64,000 nt of DNA from an uncultured Merdimonas sp. (GCA_944375725.1 CALWAZ010000090.1:4342-68341); one strand, 5' to 3'; positions 29,238-39,971 are shown, counted from the first letter of the stretch. Made by a program: numbers and translations. The notes: a model not told the origin generated them from the sequence alone.

Positions 29238-30058
29238 AAAAGCATATGAAAGCCTATGTCATAGCAGGAATCAGCCTGGTTCTGGCAGCGGCAGCCGGCT
29301 TTGGCCTGCCGGGCCTGCTGCTCCGGTTCGGGGATGAGCAGCAGCTGGGGCAGATAGAGCAGGAGAAGGTCTCCCCTATGGAGATTACCGATCAGCCGGT
29401 CCTTTCGGTAGTGGAAAAGGTCCGCCTGATGCAGCGCGCCTCCTCCAATTCCATGGCCCTGGAAAAGGGCAGAAATTACAGCCAGGAAACCATTGCCGGA
29501 CAAATCAGCGGGGAGCTTCAGACGCTGGCTGCTCTGGATATTCCGGGAATCCCTGAAAATCCGGAAGACGCGGAGGTAATGGCGGAACCGGTATTTATGA
29601 TGGATGTGGAGGGAGAAAATTCCTTTATCGTCTGGAATGCGGCATTATACGCCGATGGCTGGGGGGTGGAACTGTCGATGGATGACGAGACCGGAAAAAT
29701 CCTGAGCCTGAACTGCTATGGCAGTGTGGAAATGCGTGCCGGGAGCGGAAGCGGGGCGGCAGAAAATTTCGGAGATTATCTGGGCTGCCATGTGGCGCAG
29801 GTCCGCGTTTCAGATTATGTGCCTGCGGAATACTGGGACAGCAGTGAAATGCGGGACAGCTATCAGGAGGAAATCCAGAACCAGGCAGAGGCGGGCAGCA
29901 CCTGGGAAGAAGCGAAGAAACAGGTAGATGAGAAATGGGGGCTGGGAGACCTGGGGTATCTGGCTGTGGTCAGCTACGGAGATGAGAGCGGCCTGGAGGC
30001 CCTGTACCGGATTTCCGTGTCCACGGAAAGCGGAATGATACAGATTCTTCCGCAATAA
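29234..30058 (+). CDS. Hypothetical exported protein, possible two-component auxiliary factor
   Basis: Overlaps the kinase stop; N-terminal TM segment; D.ETGKIL motif. Confidence 0.65.
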   Translation: MKKHMKAYVIAGISLVLAAAAGFGLPGLLLRFGDEQQLGQIEQEKVSPMEITDQPVLSVVEKVRLMQRASSNSMALEKGRNYSQETIAGQISGELQTLAALDIPGIPENPEDAEVMAEPVFMMDVEGENSFIVWNAALYADGWGVELSMDDETGKILSLNCYGSVEMRAGSGSGAAENFGDYLGCHVAQVRVSDYVPAEYWDSSEMRDSYQEEIQNQAEAGSTWEEAKKQVDEKWGLGDLGYLAVVSYGDESGLEALYRISVSTESGMIQILPQ

Positions 30059-30066
30059 ACGGTATT

Positions 30067-30099
30067 TGATACAGTTTTGATGCAGCTGTCCGTTAAGCT
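30067..30099 (+). promoter_or_regulatory. Direct repeat and -10 upstream of the D,D-carboxypeptidase
   Basis: TGATACA / TGATGCA at an 11-bp period, then TAAGCT. Confidence 0.6.
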
Positions 30100-30120
30100 G
30101 TTCTCAAGAGGTGAAAAACG

Positions 30121-31023
30121 ATGAGAGAACAGAGAACGGAAGAATGGGGCAGCAGGCAGGAAAAAAGGCTGGAAGACAGGCATGGACGCAGGCCGGAGCA
30201 CAGCTATGGCCGGCGGCGCCGGCAGCAGAGAGCGCTGCGCAGAAAGATATTCGGTTTCTGCCTGTTTACCTTTCTTCTGGGTGTATGGTTTGGAAGGCTT
30301 GTGTTTGCAAAAGAGGCAGGGATGCCGGTTCTGATACAGACCATGCAGGAAGGGCTCCAGGCAGCGGGAAAAGAAGGGACGGAAGACACAGACAGTACGG
30401 GGAACAGCGGGAAGGAAACCCAGCAGGGCAGCCGTTCTTCTTCCATGGCTCAAGGAAAAGAAGGAGACTGGAAGCTTACGCTGGTAAACAGGTCTCATCC
30501 TCTGGAGGAGGGCTATGTGCCTGAGCTGGCGGAAATCGAAAACAATTATTATTTTGATGCCCGGGCAGTGGGCTTTCTTCAGGAAATGCTCGCTGACGGA
30601 AGAAAAGAAGGACTTGACTTTTGGGTTTGTTCGGCTTATCGTACCATTGAAAAGCAGACGGAGCTTTACGAGAACAAGGTGCGCCGTCTGGAGGCAGAGG
30701 GCATGAGCCACGGGACAGCTCTTCAGGAAGCGGGGACCGTGGTGGCCTATCCCGGGACCAGCGAACATAATCTGGGCCTGGCAGTGGACATTGTGGCTAA
30801 GGATTATCAGATACTGGATGAGAAACAGGAGAAGACGGACGAACAGCAGTGGCTGATGGAGAACTGCTGGAAATACGGATTTATTCTGCGTTATCCTACA
30901 GACAAGACAGAAGAGACAGGCATCATCTATGAGCCCTGGCATTACCGCTATGTGGGACAGGAAGCCGCCCGGGAAATCATGGGACAGGGCATCTGTCTGG
31001 AAGAGTATCTGGGAGAGGTATAA
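30121..31023 (+). CDS. M15B D-Ala-D-Ala carboxypeptidase (VanY/LdcB-like)
   Basis: SAYR, SEHNLGLAVD, YGFILRYP, YEPWHYRYVG. Confidence 0.9.
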   Translation: MREQRTEEWGSRQEKRLEDRHGRRPEHSYGRRRRQQRALRRKIFGFCLFTFLLGVWFGRLVFAKEAGMPVLIQTMQEGLQAAGKEGTEDTDSTGNSGKETQQGSRSSSMAQGKEGDWKLTLVNRSHPLEEGYVPELAEIENNYYFDARAVGFLQEMLADGRKEGLDFWVCSAYRTIEKQTELYENKVRRLEAEGMSHGTALQEAGTVVAYPGTSEHNLGLAVDIVAKDYQILDEKQEKTDEQQWLMENCWKYGFILRYPTDKTEETGIIYEPWHYRYVGQEAAREIMGQGICLEEYLGEV

Positions 31024-31026
31024 GAA

Positions 31027-31662
31027 ATGAATAAGATAAATTATCAGAAAGAACTGGAAAAAGAGCTGGAACGTATTTCGGCTGCGGGACGGACGCCGCG
31101 CCTGCTGCTGCACAGCTGCTGCGCGCCCTGCAGCAGCTATGTGCTGGAATATCTGTCAGACTATTTTTCCATCACGGTATTTTACTACAACCCCAATATT
31201 TATCCCCCGGAGGAATTCGGAAAACGGGTGGAGGAACAGCAGAAGCTGATTCGGGAGCTCCCTGTAAAACATCCGGTTTCTTTTCTGGAAGGCCCTTACG
31301 AGCCCGAGCGCTTTTATGAGATGGCAAAAGGCCTGGAGCAGGTGCCCGAGGGCGGGGAGCGGTGCTTCCGCTGCTACCGCCTGCGGCTGGAGGAAGCAGC
31401 CCAGATGGCCCGTGCCGGAGGCTTTGATTATTTTACCACGACACTGTCCATCAGCCCCCTGAAAAACGCGGAGAAGCTCAATGAAATCGGAGCGTATCTG
31501 GCGGAAGAATGCAAGGTGCCTTATCTGTTCAGTGATTTCAAAAAACGAAACGGCTACAAGCGGTCCACAGAGCTGTCGGCAGAGTACGGACTGTACCGGC
31601 AGGACTACTGCGGCTGTGTGTTTTCCCTGCGGGAGCGTAAGAGAGCAGGAGAAAGAACATAA
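31027..31662 (+). CDS. queH: Epoxyqueuosine reductase QueH
   Basis: HSCCAPCS, YNPNI, RC..C, YRQDYCGC. Confidence 0.92.
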   Translation: MNKINYQKELEKELERISAAGRTPRLLLHSCCAPCSSYVLEYLSDYFSITVFYYNPNIYPPEEFGKRVEEQQKLIRELPVKHPVSFLEGPYEPERFYEMAKGLEQVPEGGERCFRCYRLRLEEAAQMARAGGFDYFTTTLSISPLKNAEKLNEIGAYLAEECKVPYLFSDFKKRNGYKRSTELSAEYGLYRQDYCGCVFSLRERKRAGERT

Positions 31663-31677
31663 ATAAAAGAAACGGGG

Positions 31678-32988
31678 TCAGGATAAATCGTGCCTGTCAA
31701 CATGGCTTTTTAATAGGAGAGCTAAAACAGCAGACACGATCCTTGCAATCACCGTACTCCACCAAATCATGATCTGGCCGCCGAACAGAGGCGGCAGAAT
31801 CAGCATAAGCACAAGCATGAGAAAAGGCTCTGTAAAAGTCAGTATATAAGAAAGCGCACTTTTGTCCGACGCGTAAAAGCTGGCTGTTGTCACGCGGGTG
31901 ACTGCTACAAACGGGACTGAAATGAGGAAAATCGGAATGATTTCTGCTACTTCCCTATTTACATCATTGGATGCACCGAACAAAAGTCCCAGACTTCCTC
32001 TTGTGAGATACATAACAGCGCAGCCAATTACAGCCAGAAGCGTGGCAAAGGCATATGCCAGCCTCCGGATATTTTTCAGCCGTGCAAAGTTCCGTTCCCC
32101 GTAGCTCCGGCTGATGAGAGGCTGGCTGCCATCGCCCACTCCCTGAAAGATCAGATAGACAATGCAAATGATATATGCGATGCAGGCGTATACTGCAATG
32201 GCTGATTCTCCTCCATAAGAAGCGGAAAACCGGTTGATGATAATCAAAGAGATATTGGGGGACATGGAAAGGCCAAAGGGTGCAATCCCGATTTTCAGAA
32301 TAGACGCTGATATCTTACCAATTTTTGAAAACGGAATTTTTAAGGTAAACTGCTTCTTTTGGATCATGTAGGCTAAAGCAATCAACATCGTGACGCCCTG
32401 CCCGATTACGGTAGCAGCCGCAGCCCCAGCTACGCCTTGCTCCCATACCCATACAAAAAGATAGTCCAGAATGATATTGCTGACAAATCCCGCCATCATG
32501 GCAGCCATAGCGTAAAAGGAACCGCCCAGGTTACGGATCAGGGGGACAAGCCCCGTGCCGAAAATCTGCAGGATCGTGCCAAAGGTAACGACCACGATAT
32601 ATTCTTCGGCAAGGGACAGCATTGTGCCGCTGGCTCCCAAAAGCCGCAGCAGTGGATTGCGCCAGCACAAAACCGCAGCGGTTAAAATGACGCTGGAAGC
32701 AATCATCAGCCAGTTTGCTCCCGCTGTAAACATGCGGGTATTTTCTTCCTTTTTCTCCGCTTTATTGATAGAGTAGTAAATTGCGCCGCCCATGCCAATC
32801 CCCGTCCCAGCTGCCTGGATAAAAGCAACGATAGGATATGCAATATTTACGGCAGAAAGTCCAACGTCCCCCAAACTGTTCCCCACGAAAAAGCCGTCTA
32901 CAATCGCGTAAACGCCGGACAGGGCAAAGGACAGGATGGACGGAAAAACATATTTGAAAAACAATTTCGTATCACGCGTTTGTATCAT
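31678..32988 (-). CDS. MATE-family efflux transporter
   Basis: About 12 TM segments; IVDGFFVG, NIILDYLF..GVAGAAAATV. Confidence 0.9.
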   Translation of the reverse strand: MIQTRDTKLFFKYVFPSILSFALSGVYAIVDGFFVGNSLGDVGLSAVNIAYPIVAFIQAAGTGIGMGGAIYYSINKAEKKEENTRMFTAGANWLMIASSVILTAAVLCWRNPLLRLLGASGTMLSLAEEYIVVVTFGTILQIFGTGLVPLIRNLGGSFYAMAAMMAGFVSNIILDYLFVWVWEQGVAGAAAATVIGQGVTMLIALAYMIQKKQFTLKIPFSKIGKISASILKIGIAPFGLSMSPNISLIIINRFSASYGGESAIAVYACIAYIICIVYLIFQGVGDGSQPLISRSYGERNFARLKNIRRLAYAFATLLAVIGCAVMYLTRGSLGLLFGASNDVNREVAEIIPIFLISVPFVAVTRVTTASFYASDKSALSYILTFTEPFLMLVLMLILPPLFGGQIMIWWSTVIARIVSAVLALLLKSHVDRHDLS

Positions 32989-33439
32989 TGGTATTCTTAC
33001 CTCCGGCTTCCTGAAAAAGTTTTATAAACAGCGCGCCGTCTTCACTCAATCTGTGCATACGTTCGAGCCCCATTTTTTGAATGGCAGCCAATTCCGCTTT
33101 TCGCAATGCAGGTAAAATCGTGTCGGCGTATTCTCTCCCTGCCGCAGTGAATTGGATGCGCTTATTTCTTTTATCCCCCTGCATGGGAAACAATTCAACT
33201 AATTTTCTGTTTTCAAAGTCTTTCAAAATCATATTGACGGTTTGCTTGGGGATCAGCCATCGCTGGCTGATTTTCTTTTGCGTACAATCCCCGCCCCCTT
33301 CATCAATGGCAGTCAGGGCCAGCAGACAGCTGACGGATATGCCATGTGCTTTCGCCCATTCTGCATATACGTAGTTTGTTTCCTGCCATACCGTGTAGTA
33401 GCGGTTTAATTCCTCAATCAATGCAGCGTGATTTTCCAT
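32972..33439 (-). CDS. MarR-family regulator
   Basis: TQKKI...PKQTV, DKRNK.I.FT..G. Confidence 0.88.
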   Translation of the reverse strand: MENHAALIEELNRYYTVWQETNYVYAEWAKAHGISVSCLLALTAIDEGGGDCTQKKISQRWLIPKQTVNMILKDFENRKLVELFPMQGDKRNKRIQFTAAGREYADTILPALRKAELAAIQKMGLERMHRLSEDGALFIKLFQEAGGKNTNDTNA

Positions 33440-33460
33440 CGTGTGCCTCCTCTGAAAATT

Positions 33461-33502
33461 AGTACGGTTTTGTACTGTTTTAATATAGTCCATAACCGTA
33501 CT
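33461..33502 (-). promoter_or_regulatory. Tandem MarR operators
   Basis: AGTACGGTTTTGTACT and AGTCCATAACCGTACT; TTGACA on the minus strand just upstream. Confidence 0.65.
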
Positions 33503-33667
33503 ATTTGTCAAGGGCCTGGAATTTTCTGCGCGGAAATCCTTGAATCCCTTTTCCAACTGTGCTACTATGAAAAACAGTCAGACATCCGCGCAGTCAGCCG
33601 GCTCATGTGTTTTGCCGGCCTTCTGCCGGATGCGGGAATATCACAGTGATGAGAAAGGAACATGCAT

Positions 33668-35065
33668 ATGGCACAGCTCTGGGGAGGCCGTTTCACCAAG
33701 GAGACGGACAAGCTCGTATACAATTTTAACGCTTCAATTTCATTTGATAAAAAATTTTATAAGCAGGACATGCGGGGCAGCATGGCCCATGTGAAAATGC
33801 TGGCAAAGCAGGGAATTCTGACGGAGGAGGAGCGGGACGCCATCCTTGCCGGAATCGAAGGGATCCTTGCGGATGTGGAGAGCGGAAAGCTGGAGATTAC
33901 CGATGAATACGAGGATATCCACAGCTTTGTGGAGGCTGTGCTGATTGACCGGATCGGGGAGCCGGGAAAGAAGCTTCATACGGGCCGCAGCCGCAACGAC
34001 CAGGTAGCGCTGGATATGAAGCTTTACACAAGAGATGAGATTGCAGCCATCGACGGGCTGGTGCGTGATCTGCTTGCAGTGCTCCTGCGCCTGATGAAAG
34101 AGAATACGGAGACCTTTATGCCGGGCTTTACCCATCTGCAGAAGGCCCAGCCTATTACGCTGGCTCATCATATGGGAGCCTATTTTGAAATGTTCAAGCG
34201 GGACAGAGGCCGTCTCCATGATATTTATGAGAGAATGAATTACTGCCCTCTCGGCTCCGGCGCCCTGGCGGGAACCACTTACCCTCTGGACCGGGAATAT
34301 ACGGCGGAGCTTCTGGGCTTTGCGGGACCGACCCTGAACAGCATGGATTCCGTGTCAGACCGGGATTACCTGATAGAGCTTCTGTCAGCCCTTTCCACGA
34401 TCATGATGCATCTGAGCCGTTTTTCCGAGGAAATCATCATCTGGAACACCAATGAATACCGCTTTGTGGAAATTGATGACGCCTACAGCACAGGAAGCAG
34501 CATCATGCCCCAGAAGAAGAATCCGGATATCGCGGAGCTGGTGCGGGGAAAGACAGGACGTGTCTACGGAGCGCTGATGTCCCTGCTTACGACCATGAAA
34601 GGCCTGCCTCTGGCATATAATAAGGATATGCAGGAGGATAAGGAGCTGACCTTTGACGCCTTTGATACGGTAAAGGGCTGCCTGGCCCTCTTTACCGGAA
34701 TGCTGGACACCATGAAGTTTAACAAGGAAGTCATGGAGGAGAGCGCCAAGAAGGGCTTTACCAATGCCACGGACGCGGCGGATTATCTGGTAAATCATGG
34801 AGTACCCTTCCGGGATGCCCACGGAATCATCGGCCGTCTGGTGCTTTACTGTATCGATCAGAACAAGGCCATCGAGGAGCTGTCCCTGGAAGAACTGAAA
34901 AATATCAGCCCCGTTTTTGAAAATGACATCTATGAGGCTGTCAGCATGGAGACCTGCGTGAATAAACGCCTGACCCTGGGCGCGCCCGGAAAAGCGGCCA
35001 TGGAGCAGGTGATTGCCCTGAATGAGAAATGGATGGAGGAGCATCCGGCTCTGGAAGAAAAGTAA
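33668..35065 (+). CDS. argH: Argininosuccinate lyase
   Basis: [27 protein letters not shown]. Confidence 0.96.
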   Translation: MAQLWGGRFTKETDKLVYNFNASISFDKKFYKQDMRGSMAHVKMLAKQGILTEEERDAILAGIEGILADVESGKLEITDEYEDIHSFVEAVLIDRIGEPGKKLHTGRSRNDQVALDMKLYTRDEIAAIDGLVRDLLAVLLRLMKENTETFMPGFTHLQKAQPITLAHHMGAYFEMFKRDRGRLHDIYERMNYCPLGSGALAGTTYPLDREYTAELLGFAGPTLNSMDSVSDRDYLIELLSALSTIMMHLSRFSEEIIIWNTNEYRFVEIDDAYSTGSSIMPQKKNPDIAELVRGKTGRVYGALMSLLTTMKGLPLAYNKDMQEDKELTFDAFDTVKGCLALFTGMLDTMKFNKEVMEESAKKGFTNATDAADYLVNHGVPFRDAHGIIGRLVLYCIDQNKAIEELSLEELKNISPVFENDIYEAVSMETCVNKRLTLGAPGKAAMEQVIALNEKWMEEHPALEEK

Positions 35066-35171
35066 ACCGCAGAAAAAATACTTGCAATTTCCGCGGATCT
35101 GCGGTAGGATACTTTAAGATAAAGACAAATGTACGTGGTACAAAGACATAGACAGAGGAGTGTATGAGAAA

Positions 35172-36257
35172 ATGAGCGAGAAGCTGAGAGTAGGAATTTT
35201 AGGTGGAACCGGAATGGTAGGACAGAGATTTATTTCCCTGCTGGAGAACCATCCCTGGTTTGAGGTTGTGACCATTGCGGCCAGCGAAAGAAGCGCGGGA
35301 AAGACTTATGAGGAGGCCGTGGGAGGCCGCTGGAAGATGGATACGCCTATGCCGGAGGCGGTTAAGAACATCGTGGTAATGAATGTAAATGAGGTAGAGA
35401 AGGTGGCCGCAGGCGTGGATTTTGTGTTCAGCGCCGTGGACATGACCAAGGATGAGATCCGGGCCATTGAGGAAGCCTACGCGAAGACAGAGACCCCGGT
35501 GGTATCCAACAACAGCGCGCACCGCTGGACTCCGGACGTTCCGATGATGATCCCGGAGATCAACGCGGATCATGCCAGAATTATCGAGAAGCAGAAGGAG
35601 CGTCTTGGCACAAAGAGAGGCTTTATCGCTGTAAAACCCAACTGCTCTATTCAGTCCTATACACCGGCTCTGGCAGCCTGGAGAGAGTTTGAGCCCTACG
35701 AGGTGGTGGCGACCACTTATCAGGCTATCTCCGGAGCGGGAAAGACTTTTAAGGACTGGCCGGAAATGGTGGAGAATATCATTCCTTACATCAGCGGCGA
35801 AGAAGAGAAGAGTGAGAAAGAGCCTCTGCGTGTGCTGGGAACCTATGAGGACGGCGAGATCAAGCTGGCGGCGGAGCCGGTGATCACCTGCCAGTGTATC
35901 CGTGTGCCCGTGCTGAACGGCCATACGGCGGCAGTTTTCGTCAAGTTCCGTAAGAAAGCCACAAAGGAACAGCTCATTGAGAAGCTTCGTGCCTTCAAGG
36001 GAGCGCCCCAGGAGCTGAATCTGCCCAGCGCCCCCAGGCAGTTTATCCAGTATCTGGAGGAGGATAACCGTCCTCAGGTGAAGCTGGACGTGGATTATGA
36101 GAATGGAATGGGTGTTTCCATCGGACGCCTCCGGGAGGACCATGTATATGACTGGAAGTTTGTAGGTCTGTCCCACAATACAGTCCGGGGAGCGGCCGGA
36201 GGAGCAGTGCTCTGCGCCGAGCTTCTGAAGGCCCAGGGCTATATCGCAGCCAAATAA
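35172..36257 (+). CDS. asd: Aspartate-semialdehyde dehydrogenase
   Basis: [29 protein letters not shown]. Confidence 0.95.
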   Translation: MSEKLRVGILGGTGMVGQRFISLLENHPWFEVVTIAASERSAGKTYEEAVGGRWKMDTPMPEAVKNIVVMNVNEVEKVAAGVDFVFSAVDMTKDEIRAIEEAYAKTETPVVSNNSAHRWTPDVPMMIPEINADHARIIEKQKERLGTKRGFIAVKPNCSIQSYTPALAAWREFEPYEVVATTYQAISGAGKTFKDWPEMVENIIPYISGEEEKSEKEPLRVLGTYEDGEIKLAAEPVITCQCIRVPVLNGHTAAVFVKFRKKATKEQLIEKLRAFKGAPQELNLPSAPRQFIQYLEEDNRPQVKLDVDYENGMGVSIGRLREDHVYDWKFVGLSHNTVRGAAGGAVLCAELLKAQGYIAAK

Positions 36258-36272
36258 TCAGAAAGAAAATTT

Positions 36273-37127
36273 ATGAAGAAAAAGGATATGAAAATGGTCA
36301 TTTCTGCCGCAGGAATGGCCATTTGCCTGTTATGCGGCAGCTGCGGCGGAGAAAGAACCGGAAAGACAGAAGAAAGGCTGAGAACAGCGGGGACTCTGCT
36401 TTTGGAGACTGTCCGGGAAGTCCGGCAGGAGCGGGAACAGAAGGAGCGGGAAGCCCGGGAAAGGGCTGCCCGGCTGGAAGCGTACCGTACCTGCAGCTCC
36501 GGAACCAGGATAGAGGAGGAACTGACAGAGGAAGAGACGGACAGTCTGTTCTATGGGTCTGAGATACCGGAGGAGGTTTTCCGGCGGATGAATGGAGTCT
36601 CTTATGTGGAAAATGAGGATATTGCCCTTTCCGATCTCCGGTATCTGCGGATGCTTTATGTGGGATTTGACGGCCAGCCCCATGTGGGAGAAATGGTGGT
36701 TCATGAGCAGATAGCAGATACGGTGCTGGAAATTTTCCGTATTCTGTACGACAGCGGATATCAGATAGAAAAAATGCGCCTCATCGATGATTACGGCGGC
36801 GATGACGATGCCTCCTGCCTGGATAACAACACCTCCTGCTTCAATTACCGGGTGGTGGAGGGAAGCACAAGTCTGTCCCGCCATGCCTTCGGAATGGCCA
36901 TAGACATCAATCCCTTTTACAATCCCTATGTGACTTATGAGGACGGCATAGAACATATTTCGCCGGAAGGCAGTGAGTCTTACGCAGATCGTTCGGCTGA
37001 TTTTCCCCATAAGATCGGCGGGGAGGGAGACCTGTGCCTGGAACTGTTTGAGGAGCGGGGCTTCACCTGGGGCGGGGACTGGAGGACTCTGAAGGATTAT
37101 CAGCATTTTCAGATAAACGGTTCTTAA
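36273..37127 (+). CDS. M15-family metallopeptidase lipoprotein
   Basis: FNYR, SRHAFGMAIDINP, WGGDW, DYQHF. Confidence 0.87.
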   Translation: MKKKDMKMVISAAGMAICLLCGSCGGERTGKTEERLRTAGTLLLETVREVRQEREQKEREARERAARLEAYRTCSSGTRIEEELTEEETDSLFYGSEIPEEVFRRMNGVSYVENEDIALSDLRYLRMLYVGFDGQPHVGEMVVHEQIADTVLEIFRILYDSGYQIEKMRLIDDYGGDDDASCLDNNTSCFNYRVVEGSTSLSRHAFGMAIDINPFYNPYVTYEDGIEHISPEGSESYADRSADFPHKIGGEGDLCLELFEERGFTWGGDWRTLKDYQHFQINGS

Positions 37128-37223
37128 AAAATTTTGTAGTAAATTCATCATTTCCTTCGTTATTATTTATAGAAGACAGAAAAAACAGAGACAAAGAAAA
37201 GGGCGGACGAAGGAGGAGCAGGT

Positions 37224-37853
37224 ATGAAAAAGCGATATGGGGTCCTGGTTTTGCTGCTGATGGCCCTGCTGGCGGCAGGCTGCGGCGGGAGAGACGATGA
37301 GGTTTTGTCTGAAAAGCCTGTGATTTACCTGTATCCGGAAAAGGCGGAGGAGGTAAGCGTCTGGCTGGATTATGACGGGGAACTGACCTGTACGTACCCG
37401 GCTTATGAGGACGGCTGGCATGTGATAGCAAGGCCGGACGGCACCCTTCAGGATTTGAGAGACGGGCAGGAGTATTCCTATCTGTTCTGGGAAGGCGCCG
37501 CGGATGCTCAGTATGATATGAGCACAGGCTTTGTGGTAAAAGGGGACGACACGGCAGTCTTTCTTCAGGAAAAACTGTCCGAGCTTGGGCTTACGCCTGC
37601 AGAGTATAATGAGTTTATCGTATACTGGCTTCCGAAAATGCAGGAAAATCCATGGAATCTGATTACCTTTCAGACCGATGCCTATACCAGCCAGGCGGAG
37701 CTGCGTATTGAGCCGGAGCCAGACAGTATTATCCGAGTCTTTATGGCTTATCAGGCCCTGGAAAAGCCGGTCACTGTGCCGGAGCCGATGCTGCGCCCTG
37801 TGCCCCGGAAAGGATTTACTGTAGTGGAATGGGGCGGAACAGAGGTAAAATAA
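37224..37853 (+). CDS. Conserved hypothetical lipoprotein
   Basis: Lipobox LAAGC; KPVIYLYP, YLFWEG, EFIVYWLP, VVEWGG. Confidence 0.8.
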   Translation: MKKRYGVLVLLLMALLAAGCGGRDDEVLSEKPVIYLYPEKAEEVSVWLDYDGELTCTYPAYEDGWHVIARPDGTLQDLRDGQEYSYLFWEGAADAQYDMSTGFVVKGDDTAVFLQEKLSELGLTPAEYNEFIVYWLPKMQENPWNLITFQTDAYTSQAELRIEPEPDSIIRVFMAYQALEKPVTVPEPMLRPVPRKGFTVVEWGGTEVK

Positions 37854-37861
37854 AAACGGAG

Positions 37862-37917
37862 AATACCGCTGCGCTTTGAAGGGCTGGCAGCCTGAAGGGG
37901 AAAGCAGCGGTATTTTT
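37862..37917 (+). terminator. Intrinsic terminator
   Basis: AATACCGCTGC...GCAGCGGTATT followed by a T-run. Confidence 0.6.
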
Positions 37918-38170
37918 GTAATTTTTTGTGGAAAAACGATTGATTTCCAGGAAGGTTTATGCTATTCTGCATATATCAGCCAGGTCTGCTGATTCAAAAG
38001 GAGAGCTTCTCTCCGAGTTTCCCGATTTATATGAGTTCCCGTTCAGCATGAAAGATGCAAAAGGAAGCAGTGCTGCTGTCTGCGGCGGCCGGAAAGTACA
38101 GAAGATACGTTTTTTGGCAGGAGAGCGTTGAAACTTTGCGCAATATTTTATAAAATAGGGAGGAAAACAG

Positions 38171-38827
38171 TTGCATAAAACGTTAAAAGAATTAACGCTG
38201 CTGGACAGATTTCTGTTTGATCAGACTATGGACTGCCCGGAAGCCCATGAAGCGGCCCTGCAGATTATTTTCGGCGATCCGAATCTCAGGCTTCTGACCC
38301 CGGCGCAGACTGAGAAGGAGCTCAGGACAGCCCCTTGGCTCCGTTCCATCCGCCTGGATGTCTATGCCCTGGATCAGGACCTCTCAGTCTACAGCACAGA
38401 GATGCAGAAAGAATGCAGGAATGATCTGGTAAGCAGAGAATTGAGGGATTTCCTGCATTACATTGAGCGGACGGATGACGTTTCCGCGGAGCAGACGGAA
38501 AGTGAACGAATTCGAAAGATCCATAGTTATGTTCAAAAGATAAGGACCAGTGAGGAAATGGGAGTGAAGTATATGCAGGCATGGGAAGAAAAAGCTCTTG
38601 AAAGGCTGGCCGGAAAAGAGGAAGGAAAGGCAGAAGGCAAAGCGGAAGGGAAAGCGGAGAGCGTCCTTGAGCTTCTGGAGGAACTGGGTCCGGTACCGGA
38701 GGAGCTGCGGAAGAAAATCATGGACGAAAGAGAGATGAATACCCTGAAAGGCTGGCTGAAGCTGGCGGCAAAGGTATCTTCCGTGGAGGATTTCTGTTTT
38801 CTGCTTGACAGTAAAGAAAAAATATAA
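38171..38827 (+). CDS. Rpn-family (PD-(D/E)XK) protein with an apparent in-frame internal deletion
   Basis: LDRFLF, IRLDV..D, EMQ then an abrupt jump to VSREL.DFLHYI; EGKAEGKAE repeats; TTG start with GGAGG. Confidence 0.8.
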   Translation: MHKTLKELTLLDRFLFDQTMDCPEAHEAALQIIFGDPNLRLLTPAQTEKELRTAPWLRSIRLDVYALDQDLSVYSTEMQKECRNDLVSRELRDFLHYIERTDDVSAEQTESERIRKIHSYVQKIRTSEEMGVKYMQAWEEKALERLAGKEEGKAEGKAEGKAESVLELLEELGPVPEELRKKIMDEREMNTLKGWLKLAAKVSSVEDFCFLLDSKEKI

Positions 38828-38861
38828 TAAGATAGACCCAGAAAAAGCGAACAGACATTCG
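38805..38861 (+). promoter_or_regulatory. recA promoter and LexA (Cheo) box
   Basis: TTGACA-17-TAAGAT; CGAACAGACATTCG at 38848-38861. Confidence 0.75.
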
Positions 38862-38897
38862 AAAAAAGGAATCTGGGAGAGGAATAAGGAGAAATAA

Positions 38898-39971
38898 ATG
38901 GTTAAGGAAGAAAAGCAGAAAGCGCTGGAGGCGGCTCTGGCGCAGATTGAAAAACAGTTTGGAAAGGGCTCCGTCATGAAGCTTGGCGATAAGGGAGCCA
39001 ATATGCAGATAGAGACGACGCCGACAGGCTGCCTGAGCCTGGATCTGGCGCTGGGACTGGGCGGAATCCCGAAGGGACGAATCATTGAGGTATATGGTCC
39101 GGAATCCAGCGGTAAGACTACAGTGGCCCTTCATATGGTGGCTGAGGTTCAGAAGCGGGGAGGCATCGCGGGCTTTATTGACGCGGAGCACGCGCTGGAT
39201 CCGGTTTACGCGAAGAATATTGGCGTGGACGTGGATAATCTCTATATCTCTCAGCCGGATAATGGAGAGCAGGCTCTGGAGATTGCGGAAACTATGGTCC
39301 GCTCAGGCGCGGTGGATATTATTATTGTAGACTCTGTGGCGGCTCTGGTGCCGAAGGCGGAGATCGAGGGCGATATGGGCGATGCCCATGTGGGCCTTCA
39401 GGCAAGACTGATGTCACAGGCGCTGAGAAAGCTGACTGCGGTGATCAGCAAGTCCAAATGTACGGTGATTTTTATCAACCAGCTCCGTGAAAAGGTGGGC
39501 GTTATGTTTGGAAATCCCGAGGTGACCACGGGAGGCCGGGCGCTTAAGTTCTATTCCTCTATCCGTATGGATGTGCGCCGGATTGAGACCCTGAAGCAGG
39601 GCGGAGAGATTGTGGGCAACCGGACCAGGATTAAGGTTGTGAAAAATAAAATCGCGCCCCCTTTTAAAGAGGCAGAGTTTGATATTATGTTTGGAGAGGG
39701 AATCTCCAGAGAAGGTGACATTCTGGATCTGGCTGCCAATACAGGCGTGGTAAATAAGAGCGGAGCCTGGTACGCGTACAATGGTGAGAAGATCGGCCAG
39801 GGACGCGAGAACGCGAAGCTGTACCTGAAGCAGAATCCGGAAATCTGCCAGGAGATTGAAGAAAAGGTACGGGAAGGCTTTGGCCTGGACTCGGCGAAAC
39901 CAGAGAGCGGAGAGCAGGACAGCCAGGAGAAGACGAAGGAGAAGTCTGCGGAAAAGCCTGCGGACAAGTAA
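38898..39971 (+). CDS. recA: Recombinase RecA
   Basis: [25 protein letters not shown]. Confidence 0.98.
   Translation: MVKEEKQKALEAALAQIEKQFGKGSVMKLGDKGANMQIETTPTGCLSLDLALGLGGIPKGRIIEVYGPESSGKTTVALHMVAEVQKRGGIAGFIDAEHALDPVYAKNIGVDVDNLYISQPDNGEQALEIAETMVRSGAVDIIIVDSVAALVPKAEIEGDMGDAHVGLQARLMSQALRKLTAVISKSKCTVIFINQLREKVGVMFGNPEVTTGGRALKFYSSIRMDVRRIETLKQGGEIVGNRTRIKVVKNKIAPPFKEAEFDIMFGEGISREGDILDLAANTGVVNKSGAWYAYNGEKIGQGRENAKLYLKQNPEICQEIEEKVREGFGLDSAKPESGEQDSQEKTKEKSAEKPADK

Noticed and set aside
27126-31023. Vancomycin-resistance cluster
   Set aside because: Only a two-component system and a VanY-like peptidase are present; there is no ligase, VanH, VanX or VanT.
38171-38827. Active transposase or IS element
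   Set aside because: The Rpn-family 'putative transposase' label is not supported by terminal repeats or target duplications, and the core is deleted.
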